64,000 nucleotides of DNA from an uncultured Verrucomicrobiae bacterium (GCA_963809845.1 CAWELO010000014.1:221307-285306); one strand, 5' to 3'. Counted from the stretch's first letter, positions 17,433 to 27,981 are shown. Notes: generated by a model not told the origin, from the letters alone. Translations and numbers: made by a program.

Positions 17433-19467
17433 TTTGCGCCACGAATCCACCATCGATGGCGAAGTGGACACGGAGGTAGCCGGCTGAAGACGGAATGGTA
17501 AATTCATCGTTCGTGAGGTGATTGGGTTCGGAGTCCGAGTCCGGCGCATCTTTCCAGACGCGTGCGTGGTAGCGGCCTTTCCCTAGAAATGCCAGCGGCA
17601 GATCCTCGTCATGGGCGGGGCCGGCCGAAATGCCGCCGAGATACCACGTCCGGCCTTTGCGGCGCGCGGTCACCAGGACCTCGCCGATTTTGCCCGCCAG
17701 CACCCGGGTGTCATCCCACCACGTGGGGACCAACTGCAGGAAATCGAACCCGGGTTGTCCTTCATAAGCCGCCGGGTAATCGGCGACCATCGGATTGGGG
17801 TTGTCATAACAGACATAGAGTCCGAGTTGGTGGCAGCGGGTGCCCAGCACGTTGGGCGCGATGTTGCGCGGCTGAAACGCGGCGCGGGTGACCGCGCGGA
17901 ATCCGCCGAGATGATAATCCATGGGGCCGGCTACCAGCCGGGTGAAAGCCATCATCAAGTCGTGCTCGGGCGTGCACCGGTCGCTCCACTTAAGATATTC
18001 GAGGTTGAGCGCGCCTTCATGGTTCATGAGGTTTGGATAGGTGCGCTGCCAGCCGGTGGCTTTCCAAATACCATGAAAGTGGATGAGCATGTGGTGCCGC
18101 GCGGCGGCCTGCAGAATCGCCTCGGCATGCTCGACCGATTCCTGGTCGTCGTGATCGAAGAAATCGACCATCATCCCACTCCAGCCGAGCTTTTCAAAGG
18201 CGGCGAAGGCCTCCTCGACGCGTCCCCGCAGCGCGCCCTGGTGCACCCAGGTCCACAAACGCACGTGCTTCGAGGCGGCGTACTGCCGGATCGCCGCGAG
18301 GTCAAAATCCGCGCGGGGCCGGGTGACGTCGGTATCCGGCCCCGGGGCCGTTCCCAAATTGGACTGAAAGTACCACGGCGACACATTTTTTTCATCCGAG
18401 GTCAGGGAGTGCGTGGGGATGCCCGTGCGGGCGCAAAAATCGATGTATTTTTTCGCCATGGCCAGCGAAAGGATCGGCAGGTCGCGCTTCCCGTCATAGA
18501 CGTCGCCATTCCACCAGGAGAAGGTGATTTTGCCGGGTTTGATCCAGGATAGATCCCCAATGACCGACGGTTCGTTCAGGCAGTAGATGGTGCTGGATTC
18601 CAGCAGCGCCCCGGGTCGATCGCCCAGGAGCACCACGCGCCAGGGCGTGCGCAGCGGGAGCGGCCCCACAACCTTGGTCCCGTCGGGCCGAGGGGTGAGT
18701 TGGCAGACCAGGTCCACCCGGCCTCCTTCGCCGCCGGTTCGCCGAAGGGACATGCCGGCGTAATGGCGCAGCGCCGCCTCGGTGATTGCCGCGCAGGCGC
18801 CATCGGCCCAGGCGAGCGTGAGTGGCATGTCGAGCAACTGCCCCGCTGGAAGCTCGCGCGCCCGGGTGCGCGTGACGTTGTGCTCGTGCGACGTCGTGTA
18901 GCTTTCGAGGTACTGCGCATAGGCGGCGGGATTGCCTTCCACACCAAAGGAGGTTGTCTCCTCGGTGATCGTCACGGAGGTCTCCGTTCGCGGTCCGGCC
19001 AGTTCATAGCGCAACGCCACGGCGTCGTTGTAGCACCGGAAAACCACTTCGACCGACCGGCCCCTGGTGGTCGCGAACTGAAACCGGGCCTCACGGAACC
19101 GGTCCCGCGCCCAGGCGGATTTACCGAACAAAACCTCGATGCGTTGATCCCTCGAACGATGTTGCTCCCGCACCAGGCGTACGCCGGTCATCAGGTCACC
19201 ACTATCGGCCGTCTGCAAACCCAGAAGGCAATTGGAAAGAATCTGCTTTCCGTGAAAGCGGGCCGACCAGCGTGGGGCGGCGGCCGAGTTGGCCTCGGGT
19301 AAGGTGATCGCCACCTTGATTTGGCCATCGGGTGAGGCCAGGTGGAACGCCTCCTCCGCGCGGCTTGGCATGGGGATGAGCCACAGCCCGAGGGTCATGG
19401 CCAGCACCCGGAGCATGGGTTTCAAAAAGTGTGATGGGGGTGCGCCAGCACGCAGGACGGGTGTCAT
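17416..19467 (-). CDS. glycoside hydrolase family 97 (alpha-glucosidase/alpha-galactosidase family)
   Basis: MVDFFDHDDQESV...LIHFHGIWKATGWQRTYPNLMNHEGALNLEY matches the GH97 catalytic region. An internal ATG at 19416 gives a better signal peptide. Confidence 0.85.
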   Translation of the reverse strand: MTPVLRAGAPPSHFLKPMLRVLAMTLGLWLIPMPSRAEEAFHLASPDGQIKVAITLPEANSAAAPRWSARFHGKQILSNCLLGLQTADSGDLMTGVRLVREQHRSRDQRIEVLFGKSAWARDRFREARFQFATTRGRSVEVVFRCYNDAVALRYELAGPRTETSVTITEETTSFGVEGNPAAYAQYLESYTTSHEHNVTRTRARELPAGQLLDMPLTLAWADGACAAITEAALRHYAGMSLRRTGGEGGRVDLVCQLTPRPDGTKVVGPLPLRTPWRVVLLGDRPGALLESSTIYCLNEPSVIGDLSWIKPGKITFSWWNGDVYDGKRDLPILSLAMAKKYIDFCARTGIPTHSLTSDEKNVSPWYFQSNLGTAPGPDTDVTRPRADFDLAAIRQYAASKHVRLWTWVHQGALRGRVEEAFAAFEKLGWSGMMVDFFDHDDQESVEHAEAILQAAARHHMLIHFHGIWKATGWQRTYPNLMNHEGALNLEYLKWSDRCTPEHDLMMAFTRLVAGPMDYHLGGFRAVTRAAFQPRNIAPNVLGTRCHQLGLYVCYDNPNPMVADYPAAYEGQPGFDFLQLVPTWWDDTRVLAGKIGEVLVTARRKGRTWYLGGISAGPAHDEDLPLAFLGKGRYHARVWKDAPDSDSEPNHLTNDEFTIPSSAGYLRVHFAIDGGFVAQINPAD

Positions 19468-19632
19468 GGGTCAAACCTAGATCTCGACCGCGACTGCGGC
19501 GAGAAATAAAATGTTGAGGATCGCGCCGGTCAGCGCGGTCCCCCGCGGGGGGGCGTGAGGGGGATGTCACCGCCCGGCAGACGGTCGGGCCGTTCGCCCG
19601 TTGGGCAACCGCACGGCTCGCGCCCAGGCGAA

Positions 19633-20442
19633 TCAGTCGGGCAAAATGCGGATGCGGATGTTTTTGAAGCAGGTCTTGCTGATGTGGCCCGGCATGGGGG
19701 GATGGCCTTGCAGGCAGATGGTTCCCTCGGGCAACCAGGTCATGCCGGTGGAAAGCTTATGTTCGACATCCGCTTCGCCGATCTTGTAATCGAGGAGGGG
19801 CTTGCCGTTGAGTTTGACGGTAACCGCGCCATCGCGGCAGATGATTTCCTGGGTGTACCAAACATTGTCGGTGACGGGCGGTTCGGCCAGCATGATGACA
19901 CCGTCTCGCTTGTTGGCCGGGGGTGTTTCCGGTCCCCAGGTGACATTGAGCAGACCATACAAGCTGCCGGTACGCCGCCAATCCACGTGGCTATTATCCA
20001 CCTGGCATTCAATGCCGAATCGTGGCCAGCCCGCTTGCTGGAATTTGGTATGGAAATAGATCCCGGAGTTGGCGCAGGGGTAGGTCATCACGTCCACGCG
20101 CAGGTCGAAATTCCTGAACTTATGCGCGTTTACCTCTCCGTCATAGAATAGATGCGCCGGGTTGTGATTCGTCGCGGGGCATTCCATCACGATCAGGCCG
20201 TCGTGCACCTGGAACACATCGGCGTTGTCGCCGATTTTCCATCCGTCGAGGGTCTTTCCGTCAAAGAGGCTCACGAACCCTGTTTCCGGGGTGTCGGTCT
20301 GGGCCGCGAGTTGAACGCTGGCCAGCGGCAAGGCGAGGGTGGCGATGAGGCCCCACCCGGGCAGGCGCCGGAACGGGTTTAACCGATGATTCGACGTTGC
20401 CGGTTCGTTGGCTGAGGCGCAATGGGTTCGGGTCCTGTTCAT
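19633..20442 (-). CDS. DUF1080 (3-keto-disaccharide hydrolase family) protein
   Basis: FVSLFDGKTLDGWK...NSGIYFH...LQGHPP...FKNIRIRIL. Start taken at ATG 20442. Confidence 0.85.
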   Translation of the reverse strand: MNRTRTHCASANEPATSNHRLNPFRRLPGWGLIATLALPLASVQLAAQTDTPETGFVSLFDGKTLDGWKIGDNADVFQVHDGLIVMECPATNHNPAHLFYDGEVNAHKFRNFDLRVDVMTYPCANSGIYFHTKFQQAGWPRFGIECQVDNSHVDWRRTGSLYGLLNVTWGPETPPANKRDGVIMLAEPPVTDNVWYTQEIICRDGAVTVKLNGKPLLDYKIGEADVEHKLSTGMTWLPEGTICLQGHPPMPGHISKTCFKNIRIRILPD

Positions 20443-20716
20443 GAGAGTGCAACGTGCCAGACGTCCGAGGCGGATGTCAAGACGCCGCCAACCGCCCCAA
20501 ACCACGCGAACGCGGTCTTTCTCATCGGGTCCCGCAACAAGGCGGCGGTGCTGGTCTCCTGGGCCTACTCCTATTTCACCTGCCGATTGGGGGCCCGGAT
20601 CATCACCGGTTGGCCTGAGCCCGTCGCCGGAGGCCAGGCCCGCTGACCGTGGAGTGGCCAGCGGGCCGTGGGACAGCGTGCCTCGAAGAATCGAGACACG
20701 CTCTGCAGGATTAAGT

Positions 20717-22450
20717 TCAGAGCAGAGGCTGCGTGCCCTCGATCTGGACGGCTTTCAGCTCATGCGGGTCCAGGCCGAGCAGGCGCAGAATTGTCGGGGC
20801 GATCTGTGTCGTCTCGACCGGGTCGGTCACGGCCGTGCCGCCCGGCGCTCCGGGCCAGGTGACCAGGATGGGCACGTTCCGGTCCTCGGGATGATCACCG
20901 CCATGCTCGGCGATTTTGCTCTGATGCCCGGTGTACACCACACCATACTGCGCGATGCCGATGACGTCGGGCACCCGGGGATCGCTGGGATCAACGCCGA
21001 TGAGATGGGCCGCCGCCGCGCCGGTGTAGATTTGCGAAAGTCCGGCCGAGGAGACGGGTTTGCCATCGATACTGGCGGATGCGTCGTTGTAGTTCTGAAG
21101 GAAGTTATGGGCATAGTCGGTCGCGGCCGTCGATCGGTCATTGAGCCACAGGAGCATGCCGTCATCATCCGTGCCCTGCGCCACCAGCGGGGTGGCATTG
21201 GGGTCGCCGCCTTGATAATCCTTATTCCACGCCGCGTTCAAGTCAGTGATGATCTTGCTGTCCTTAATCCGGTTCAGCGCGGCGACATTCATCGGTGATT
21301 GGCCGTGTTTGGCCGAGATGATGATGGCGGTGGCGCCGAGCAACTGGCGGTTCGAAAGGGCGCTGACCATCATGCCAAGGGATTGATCCACGAAGTTGAG
21401 GGCGTTGCTCAGCACCGTTCCGGGGGTTGCCCCGTCGGCCAGGTAGCCGCCTTGAGCGTTCCCCGAGGAATCGCCTTCGGTTTTGGAGGTCGGCAACTTC
21501 TGGCCGGTCGAGACGGTTTGGAAGTTCATGCCGAAGATCGCCGGTGTCCCCGGATTGCCGGTCCCATCGTGGCGGTGCCCGTTAATCCAGTTGAGGACGG
21601 CCTGGACCTTGTACGCGTCGTACTGCTGGGTCCGGAGGTTGTCGGTGGTCCAGTCCGGTTGGCTCGGGTCCGTCGGCGCGCTCGGGCTGGCGCTGCTGTT
21701 GATTTCGGGGGTGAAGTAGTCGTCCACGCCCTTGCCGGACGGTCCGGACAGGATCAGGTAGGCCGGGTGTTTGTCCGACCAGGCGGTGAGCAAGTGGTGA
21801 TGGTGCGCCACCTCAAAAATGGTATTCACCTTCAGGTACTGGTTTGGGTAAATCGGGCTGCAGGTCAGGGCATCGACGGGAAGCTGCGCGGGATTGATCA
21901 CACCCACCGGGTCGTTGGTCATTTGCAGAATGTCAGCCCAGGGGTCAGGCCCCGTGGCCGGGACCAGCCCCTGTCCCGCGTCCAGCGCGCCGAGATTCAG
22001 ATCCAGCGCCTCGAAGTAAGTCACCTCGCCGCCCGGCGGGGTGCCGGTGCAGTTGGTCGTTCCGGCCGGGAAGATGGCGTGATTCCACGTGTCGTCGTAA
22101 TAGATTCCCGTGGTGGACGGGTTGCCGCCGGTGGCTTGTCCCACCATGCCGGGGAATGAATCCGAGGGGAAAGGCGTGCTCGCGTCCGAGTAATCCACGC
22201 CCATAGCCAGGAGGCTCGCCAGGGTCGAATTGGTGTGGGTTTGGGCGTACCAGGCCAGGTCCGATTGATGGAGCCCATCCACCGAGATGAGCAGCACATG
22301 CTCGGCTACGCCGTGACGCTGGTTGTGATCTCAATCGTGATCCCGCGGTTCAGCCTTTGCTCCCGTCGCCGCGAGGCCCACGGCTAAAAGGCCGAGCCCG
22401 CAAACCAATCCCGGAGCCGTCTGGGCTCCGGACAACATTGTCTTCTTCAT
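20717..22450 (-). pseudogene. alkaline-phosphatase-superfamily phosphodiesterase (NPP-like) interrupted by one in-frame TGA
   Basis: Signal-peptide ORF (MKKTMLSGAQTAPGLVCGLGLLAVGLAATGAKA...DHD*) and catalytic ORF (..HVLLISVDGLHQSD..FPSDSFPGMVGQATG) are in the same frame. They are separated only by the TGA at 22331-22333. Confidence 0.7.
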
Positions 22451-22801
22451 ACCGTTTCTTCCTTTGAGGATGTTCTGGGTTGCTGTGGGAAACCTCCCCC
22501 CGGCGGACACGTTGTCCCCCAGGCTCAAGGAGGTTTCCAGTGATGAACCTTATGCCTCCCATTAGCGCAAAGTAAATGTGACATTGGTAACATTCCGGTG
22601 GCGGCGGGGTTACGGCTTGGCGCGTGCGGCCCGAGCGGGTGGGGGGGGAGAAATGAGACCGGAGGGCTCCGGCCTGTCGAACGGTTCAGGGGGTGGGGCA
22701 AGCCAAGTGGCTCGCGCCCAGCCCCCGCGCCCCAAGCAAACGTTCAACTCCCGGTGCGCCGAGGAGCGGCGGGCGCATCGGAAGGGGAGAGGATCGGAAA
22801 C

Positions 22802-23506
22802 TTATTCCAGCTTCTTTTGCGCTTCGTCGGGAACCTCGATCTTGGTTGAGCCGATGTCTTTAATTTCGGTGGTCGTGGTGCGGTCCACGTCGCGGTCGTT
22901 GCCGTTAAAGCTGATCGAGCCCTTCACTTTGACCTGGTATTTAGTGAGCAGGCCATCTTTGACCCAGAACTTTACGGAGCCGCTGGCGCCGCTAATCTCC
23001 GGGCCGTTGCCACCCGCGCGGCGGCCGCCGAACATGAGCTGCGATTTGGCCCCGTCTTCGGTCAAGTCGCCGCTATAAACATCGCCGTCTTTGCTGAGGC
23101 TTTTGGCCTGGGCCACCAGTTCTTCGGCGTGTTCGGCGGGGGCCTTGAAATTGCGCATGCGGCGCGCAATGAACATCGCGGGGCCGCGGTCGCCCCCGCT
23201 GGCATCGGCCAGCGACTGCCAGCCCTCCTGGGTTTTGATGGCTCCTTTTTCGCCTTTTTTGACGGCTTCGATGGTGTTGTCGCGCATGGTCATGGACAGC
23301 CACGTGTAGCCGCCCTTCTGGGCTTTGCCCTCCGATTTGCCGGCGCCGAAGCCGCCGCCGCCTGCGTTTTCGGACGTTTGGGTCCAGCTATAATTGCCCT
23401 TTTCTCCCAGGCTCTTGGCCGCGCTGATGACGTCGTCCTTGGGCTCGGCTAACAGTAGCGAGGCCGACAACAGACTCAGCGAAGCGATCAACAGGTTTCT
23501 CTTCAT
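22802..23506 (-). CDS. hypothetical exported protein
   Basis: Signal peptide MKRNLLIASLSLLSASLLLAEP. Lys/Gly-rich mature part. No family recognised. Confidence 0.65.
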   Translation of the reverse strand: MKRNLLIASLSLLSASLLLAEPKDDVISAAKSLGEKGNYSWTQTSENAGGGGFGAGKSEGKAQKGGYTWLSMTMRDNTIEAVKKGEKGAIKTQEGWQSLADASGGDRGPAMFIARRMRNFKAPAEHAEELVAQAKSLSKDGDVYSGDLTEDGAKSQLMFGGRRAGGNGPEISGASGSVKFWVKDGLLTKYQVKVKGSISFNGNDRDVDRTTTTEIKDIGSTKIEVPDEAQKKLE

Positions 23507-23664
23507 ACGATCCTTTTCGTTTGGTTGAGGTGAACTGGCGTTTGTGCCTGGCAGCGACCCGCTGCCTAAGAGTAGAGACGCGAAAGGTCGGGTTACGGTT
23601 ACGAACAATCAGCGGTTCAAGCGCCTCAGCGGAGGCGGGCGGAACACGGACGCCCAATCACGCG

Positions 23665-24591
23665 TCACGCCGTGGCCCTCCGGCCGGCGTGCCGATGCGG
23701 TAGCGCCCCGATTTGCGCCGCGGTCAAACTTTCAGGGCCTTGAGGTAGGCGACGCTCGCGCGGGGTAAGGTCCCAGCTTTGCTCGACGAAATAATTGCGA
23801 ACGCCGCCAAGTTTGGCGGCCTGGAAGGTTTTGACCCAATCGATGCCACCCTGGCCGAGGGAGACTTGCGGGTGGCGGTCGCTGGTCATATCGATGTCCT
23901 GCAGGTGCATCGAAAAGAAGCGCCTGGGATAGCGATGGAAGTAATCGGCGGCCACCAGCCCGGCGGTGATGGTGGACATCTGAAACTGGAATTTGACCAG
24001 CTTCGGGTCAAGCAGGCCGAACAACAGATCGTAGGTCCGTTGGCCCTCGACCATCGACAATTCGAAACCTTCGTTGTGCAGGCCCTGCTGCAAGCCGGCT
24101 TTGGCCGCCACCGCCGCTATCCCATTGTATTCTTCCGCGGCCCGCTTCACCTGGTCCATCGTTGGATGATCGCCCCCGTTGCCGTCGCCGAGGCTGGCGG
24201 TAATCATTTGGCGGATCCCGATCTCTTTCGCCCACTCGATGCTTCGCTCCTGGCTGTGCCGCAGCTCGTTCATCGAGAAATGGGAGCTCTCCGATTTCAG
24301 GCCGTGGTCACGGAGGATCTTTTTCACCTCCTTCGCGTTGCTGAGCGAGGCGAATTCGGCGCCGTAACCGATCGGGGAGCACAGTTCGAGCCGGGTTACA
24401 CCAATTCCGGAGATCATCTTGGCGAACGCCGGCAGGTCGTTGAGCATCGAGCGCAGGGGCCAGACCTGGCTGCCGATGGGCAAGCCCAGCGGATTGGCCG
24501 CCAGCCTGGCCGCACTCGAGATCAGGAACCCGGCCGCGCCGGAGGCAATGGCGGATTTCTTTATGAATTCACGTCGGGAAGTATTCATCAT
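23665..24591 (-). CDS. TAT-exported sugar phosphate isomerase/epimerase (xylose-isomerase-like TIM barrel)
   Basis: Twin-arginine leader MMNTSRREFIKKSAIASGAAGF and TIM-barrel family pattern. The C-terminal ~30 aa look out of frame (see findings). Confidence 0.8.
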   Translation of the reverse strand: MMNTSRREFIKKSAIASGAAGFLISSAARLAANPLGLPIGSQVWPLRSMLNDLPAFAKMISGIGVTRLELCSPIGYGAEFASLSNAKEVKKILRDHGLKSESSHFSMNELRHSQERSIEWAKEIGIRQMITASLGDGNGGDHPTMDQVKRAAEEYNGIAAVAAKAGLQQGLHNEGFELSMVEGQRTYDLLFGLLDPKLVKFQFQMSTITAGLVAADYFHRYPRRFFSMHLQDIDMTSDRHPQVSLGQGGIDWVKTFQAAKLGGVRNYFVEQSWDLTPRERRLPQGPESLTAAQIGALPHRHAGRRATA

Positions 24592-24740
24592 AAGCAGTTA
24601 ACTGGTTGGCGTCGCCGGCTCGGGGCGGTCTCCGCCGCGAGCCACGGCGGGAGTATGGTGAGCGGGGAGGGCCAGCGTCAACCCGGTTTCGTGGGCTTGA
24701 CCGCGGTCAGGCCGCCGGAGTGAGAAGAACCGCGCGAAAC

Positions 24741-24905
24741 GTGGGACCACGAAATATGCGAACCACGCGAAAGCGGGACGGGATGGGACCACGAAACATA
24801 CGAACCACACGAAAGCGGAACGGAGAGGGACCACGGGACACGCGCACCACGCGAAAGCGGAACGGAAGTGGGACCACGAAATATGCGAACCACGCGAAAG
24901 AAAGC
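24741..24905. repeat. ~43-bp tandem repeat, 4 copies
   Basis: The unit GTGGGACCACGAAATATGCGAACCACGCGAAAGCGGRACGGA is repeated head to tail with point differences. Confidence 0.85.
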
Positions 24906-25049
24906 AGGGGCGGCGTCGCAGGGTGATGCGCATTCAAACCGGCGGTTTCCACGGGACGGGCGGTAATGGGATCCTCGAACGATGCGCGGACGGTCCGAGG
25001 TGCGGGTGCATTAAGATTGGTTTTCGAGGGCATGGTCCGGCGCCCGCGC

Positions 25050-26808
25050 TCAGCGCGCGGAATAGCACCAAACCCAGTCTCCCTGGTTCATGTCCGGGCT
25101 GCCGGACTTCGCATAAACCACCTTGCCGCCGTCGTCGGTGGCATTCCATCCGACGGAATAGAGCACGAACTGGCCGTCCGGGGTATGTTGGTATCTGAGG
25201 GGCAGGCCGGTGATAACGTCGGGCGGGAGCTTCGGGATGAAGTTTGGAGCGAGCGTGTCGAGCGTTTCCGGGTACTGGCCATTGGCGAGGCGGTATCGTT
25301 CCAGCGCGCAGGCCACCCGGGCCAGGTCAACGGAAGCCTGGGCGCGGGCGAATCGCTCCGCCGCCTTGGTATAGGAGGGGAGGAAGAAACTGGAAAACAA
25401 GTCGTAGGGCCGCCATGTGCGGCCTCGCAGCGCGGCCTCAAAATTTGTGGCCCGGGCGGGCGCGATAAGGTGCAGTCCCGGATCCACGGCGGGGAGGATG
25501 TATTCCTCGGTACAAGCGGCAGGCGGAAAGTTTGCTTTGATCGAACCAGCCCGAAGGAATGAGATCGAACGCCATTCCGCTGAGGAACTTGCCCAAGTCG
25601 TCCGGGCCATGATCTGCGTCAGCCAATCCATACAAAGCACCGGGCCCCATTTTACGAATATAATCTGTAGCCCAGAGGTTGCATCCCCGCTCGCCGCGCA
25701 TGGCCGTTTGGTAGTCCGCCAGGAAATCCAAACGTGCCAGATGGCTTCCAGGAGGCCGAGGTCGGCATCACTCCACTGCCGGTCCGCCAGGCCCTCCCAG
25801 ACGGGTTGCAGGCCGATTTGCAGGACGGCCGCGCGAACCAGGTGGGAGATGAGGATGGGTTCGTCGCGGATGGAATCCAGCAGCCGAAACAGGAGCGCGA
25901 GATCTTCGAGGGCGGCCGGTTTGTCGCCGGCCTTGAGCGCGGCGTTCGCGTGCAGCGACAGGGTACTGAGCGGTGGCTTTGATCCGCGACAAGTGGGGAA
26001 GCAGCATCGCCGCTCCGGCGTCGTAATCGATCCAAAAACGTGCTTCCGGACGGCTGGCAGCGGCAATCAGAAGCCGGCGGTTGGCCTGGAACCGGCTCAG
26101 GGCCAGCAACACATCCGCCGCGGGGGATTGGGGCGCCGCGGCCATAGGGAAATAGTTCGTGGCCGGACCGCCCTGGGCTGCGAAGAGGTTGTTCGTGCCG
26201 CGGTAAAAGGCCTGCCAGGCAGCCAGATCCACCCGCTGCATTTTGGTCCAGTTACCGGTGCCCGGGGCATTGCCGCCATGGGGCCCAAAGACATCAAAAA
26301 TCGCATGACTACCCCGGTTGGTATCGCCCCAGATGACCGTCTCGTTGGTTCGCGTGAACCGGAGGTCGGTCCAGAGCGGGGTTTCGAAAAAGTTTTGGTC
26401 ATCGGCCACGGGCGGTGGCGCCAGGCTGGCGAATTCGAGGCGCTGGCCGTGCGCTTCTCTTTGGTGTTTAAAACTTCCCCAGGCCTTGCGGCCGCGCCAA
26501 TCTTCGATGGCATAGAAAAGCACGACGAGCGTCACCAGGAAACCCAGCACCAGGAACCTGCGGCCCAGCAGCCAGGCCAGCACCGACCGAGCCGGTGGGA
26601 CCCAGGCCAGGACAAAGGCGGCGAGGCTCATCACGAAACCCAAGCCGCACGCCAAGGCAACGAACGCCAGCGGTACGCTCGGCGTGGAGAGGCCCGTGGC
26701 CGCGGCCACCGCTCCCAGTCCGCACAGGCTCAATAGCGCCAGCCAAAAGAAAAAGTGGCGCGGTTCAGTCCAGGCGGTATGCACGGCTTTGCGAAGTTGC
26801 TCATTCAT
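25050..26808 (-). pseudogene. membrane protein with GspG-like C-terminal domain, disrupted by at least 3 frameshifts
   Basis: Plausible protein sequence alternates between two frames. The segments are 26808 to ~25975, ~25975 to ~25740, ~25740 to ~25485, and ~25485 to 25050. The C-terminus LYSVGWNATDDGG...GDWVW resembles T2SS pseudopilin G. It starts 8 nt after the anti-sigma gene. Confidence 0.65.
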
Positions 26809-26815
26809 AATTGCC

Positions 26816-27394
26816 TCATGTGTTCAGGTTGTGGGGAGTCTGCTCAGTGCGCGGACGTGGCAAGGCTTTGTGAGGTTTGGGGCCCGGAAGGGGATTGGCC
26901 GCGAGTTCGGCCAGCCACACCGCTTTCTGTTTCAAAGCGAAACGCAGTTCTGAAGAGGAAGGCGCCGCCTGCTGTGCCCGTGGGCTGGCATTCGTCTCGC
27001 GAGCGGTGAGGTTCAATACCAGGATGGTCATCCAGGCGGCGGACAGTCCGGCCCAAGCCCAGGGGCATTGCCCCCAGCCCGTTCGGAGCCGCCCCAGCAG
27101 CGTTCCGATCAGCCCCTGCCAGCCCCTGGCCTGAGCCGTTTGGGTCGTCGAAAACGGTGCGGCTTTCCTGCCGGTGGCCAGCACCGCCTGCTCCGTCCGC
27201 CGCCAGATTTCGGGTGACTCGTGACCGCGGCACAGACCGGTCTTCATCCAGGACTCCAGCGTTTGCTCCTCGGCAAAGAAGCGGCCGCAGTCGGCACAGG
27301 ACTCGAGGTGCCGGTCGATTTCCACCATGGTTCTGGCGTCCAGTTCGGAGTCCAGGTAGGGACCTTGGAGCGCTCGAATTTCATCGCATGTCAT
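26816..27394 (-). CDS. anti-sigma factor (zf-HC2) with one TM segment
   Basis: MTCDEIRALQGPYLDSELD...HLESCADC. ATGA overlap with the sigma gene. Confidence 0.85.
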   Translation of the reverse strand: MTCDEIRALQGPYLDSELDARTMVEIDRHLESCADCGRFFAEEQTLESWMKTGLCRGHESPEIWRRTEQAVLATGRKAAPFSTTQTAQARGWQGLIGTLLGRLRTGWGQCPWAWAGLSAAWMTILVLNLTARETNASPRAQQAAPSSSELRFALKQKAVWLAELAANPLPGPKPHKALPRPRTEQTPHNLNT

Positions 27395-27981
27395 AAATCA
27401 TTCTCCTTCATGGCCTGGGCGCGGCGGGCCGAGCGTCCCAGGAAAGCGCGCATTTTTTGGCGAGCCCGTGACAGGTTGCCCATGACACTGCCCAGCGGGA
27501 TGGCAAGGGTCTCGCCGATCTCCCGGTATCGCAAGTCAGCGATGGATCGCAGCAACAGCACGGCGCGTTCGGTTTCAGTTAAAGATCTCAGTCCCGCCAC
27601 CAGGGCGGGCTCTAAAGCGTCATTCAAGGCTCCTGGCGCCAGGGGATGAATTTCCACAGGAGCCGCCTGCGGCCAGGAAGCCAAGCCCGCGAGCTCTTCG
27701 GGCTCGAGTTGAAATTCGTGGCGGGCAATCCGGGCGTGCTTGCGGTTCATGGCGAAGGCCTCCCGGGTGAGGATCTTGAACATCCAGGCGCGGAAGCTGG
27801 CGTCGGGTTGGTAGCGGTCGAAGGCGGCGAAGGCGCGCAGAACGGCGTTCTGCAGGTTATCGGGGGCCTCCTGGGGTTCCCAGACCAGGCGCCGGCAATA
27901 CGTCTCGAGTTCGCGCTGGATCGGCTTGAGCAGCCCCAGGAACCTCTCGGCTTCGTCTTTTGCGCCCGGATGCATAATCAT
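27391..27981 (-). CDS. ECF-family RNA polymerase sigma factor
   Basis: Region 2 (NAVLRAFAAFDRY..SFRAWMFKI) and region 4 (YREIGETLAIPLGSVMGNLSRARQKM). Confidence 0.9.
   Translation of the reverse strand: MIMHPGAKDEAERFLGLLKPIQRELETYCRRLVWEPQEAPDNLQNAVLRAFAAFDRYQPDASFRAWMFKILTREAFAMNRKHARIARHEFQLEPEELAGLASWPQAAPVEIHPLAPGALNDALEPALVAGLRSLTETERAVLLLRSIADLRYREIGETLAIPLGSVMGNLSRARQKMRAFLGRSARRAQAMKENDL

Noticed and set aside
22331-22333. Selenocysteine or other recoding of the in-frame TGA in the NPP-like gene
   Set aside because: The TGA lies in the linker after the signal peptide, not at a catalytic position. No convincing SECIS-like hairpin follows. Many other genes here clearly terminate with TGA.
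24741-24905. Possible CRISPR array
   Set aside because: The units are directly adjacent with no unique spacers. There are only four copies and no cas genes in the window.
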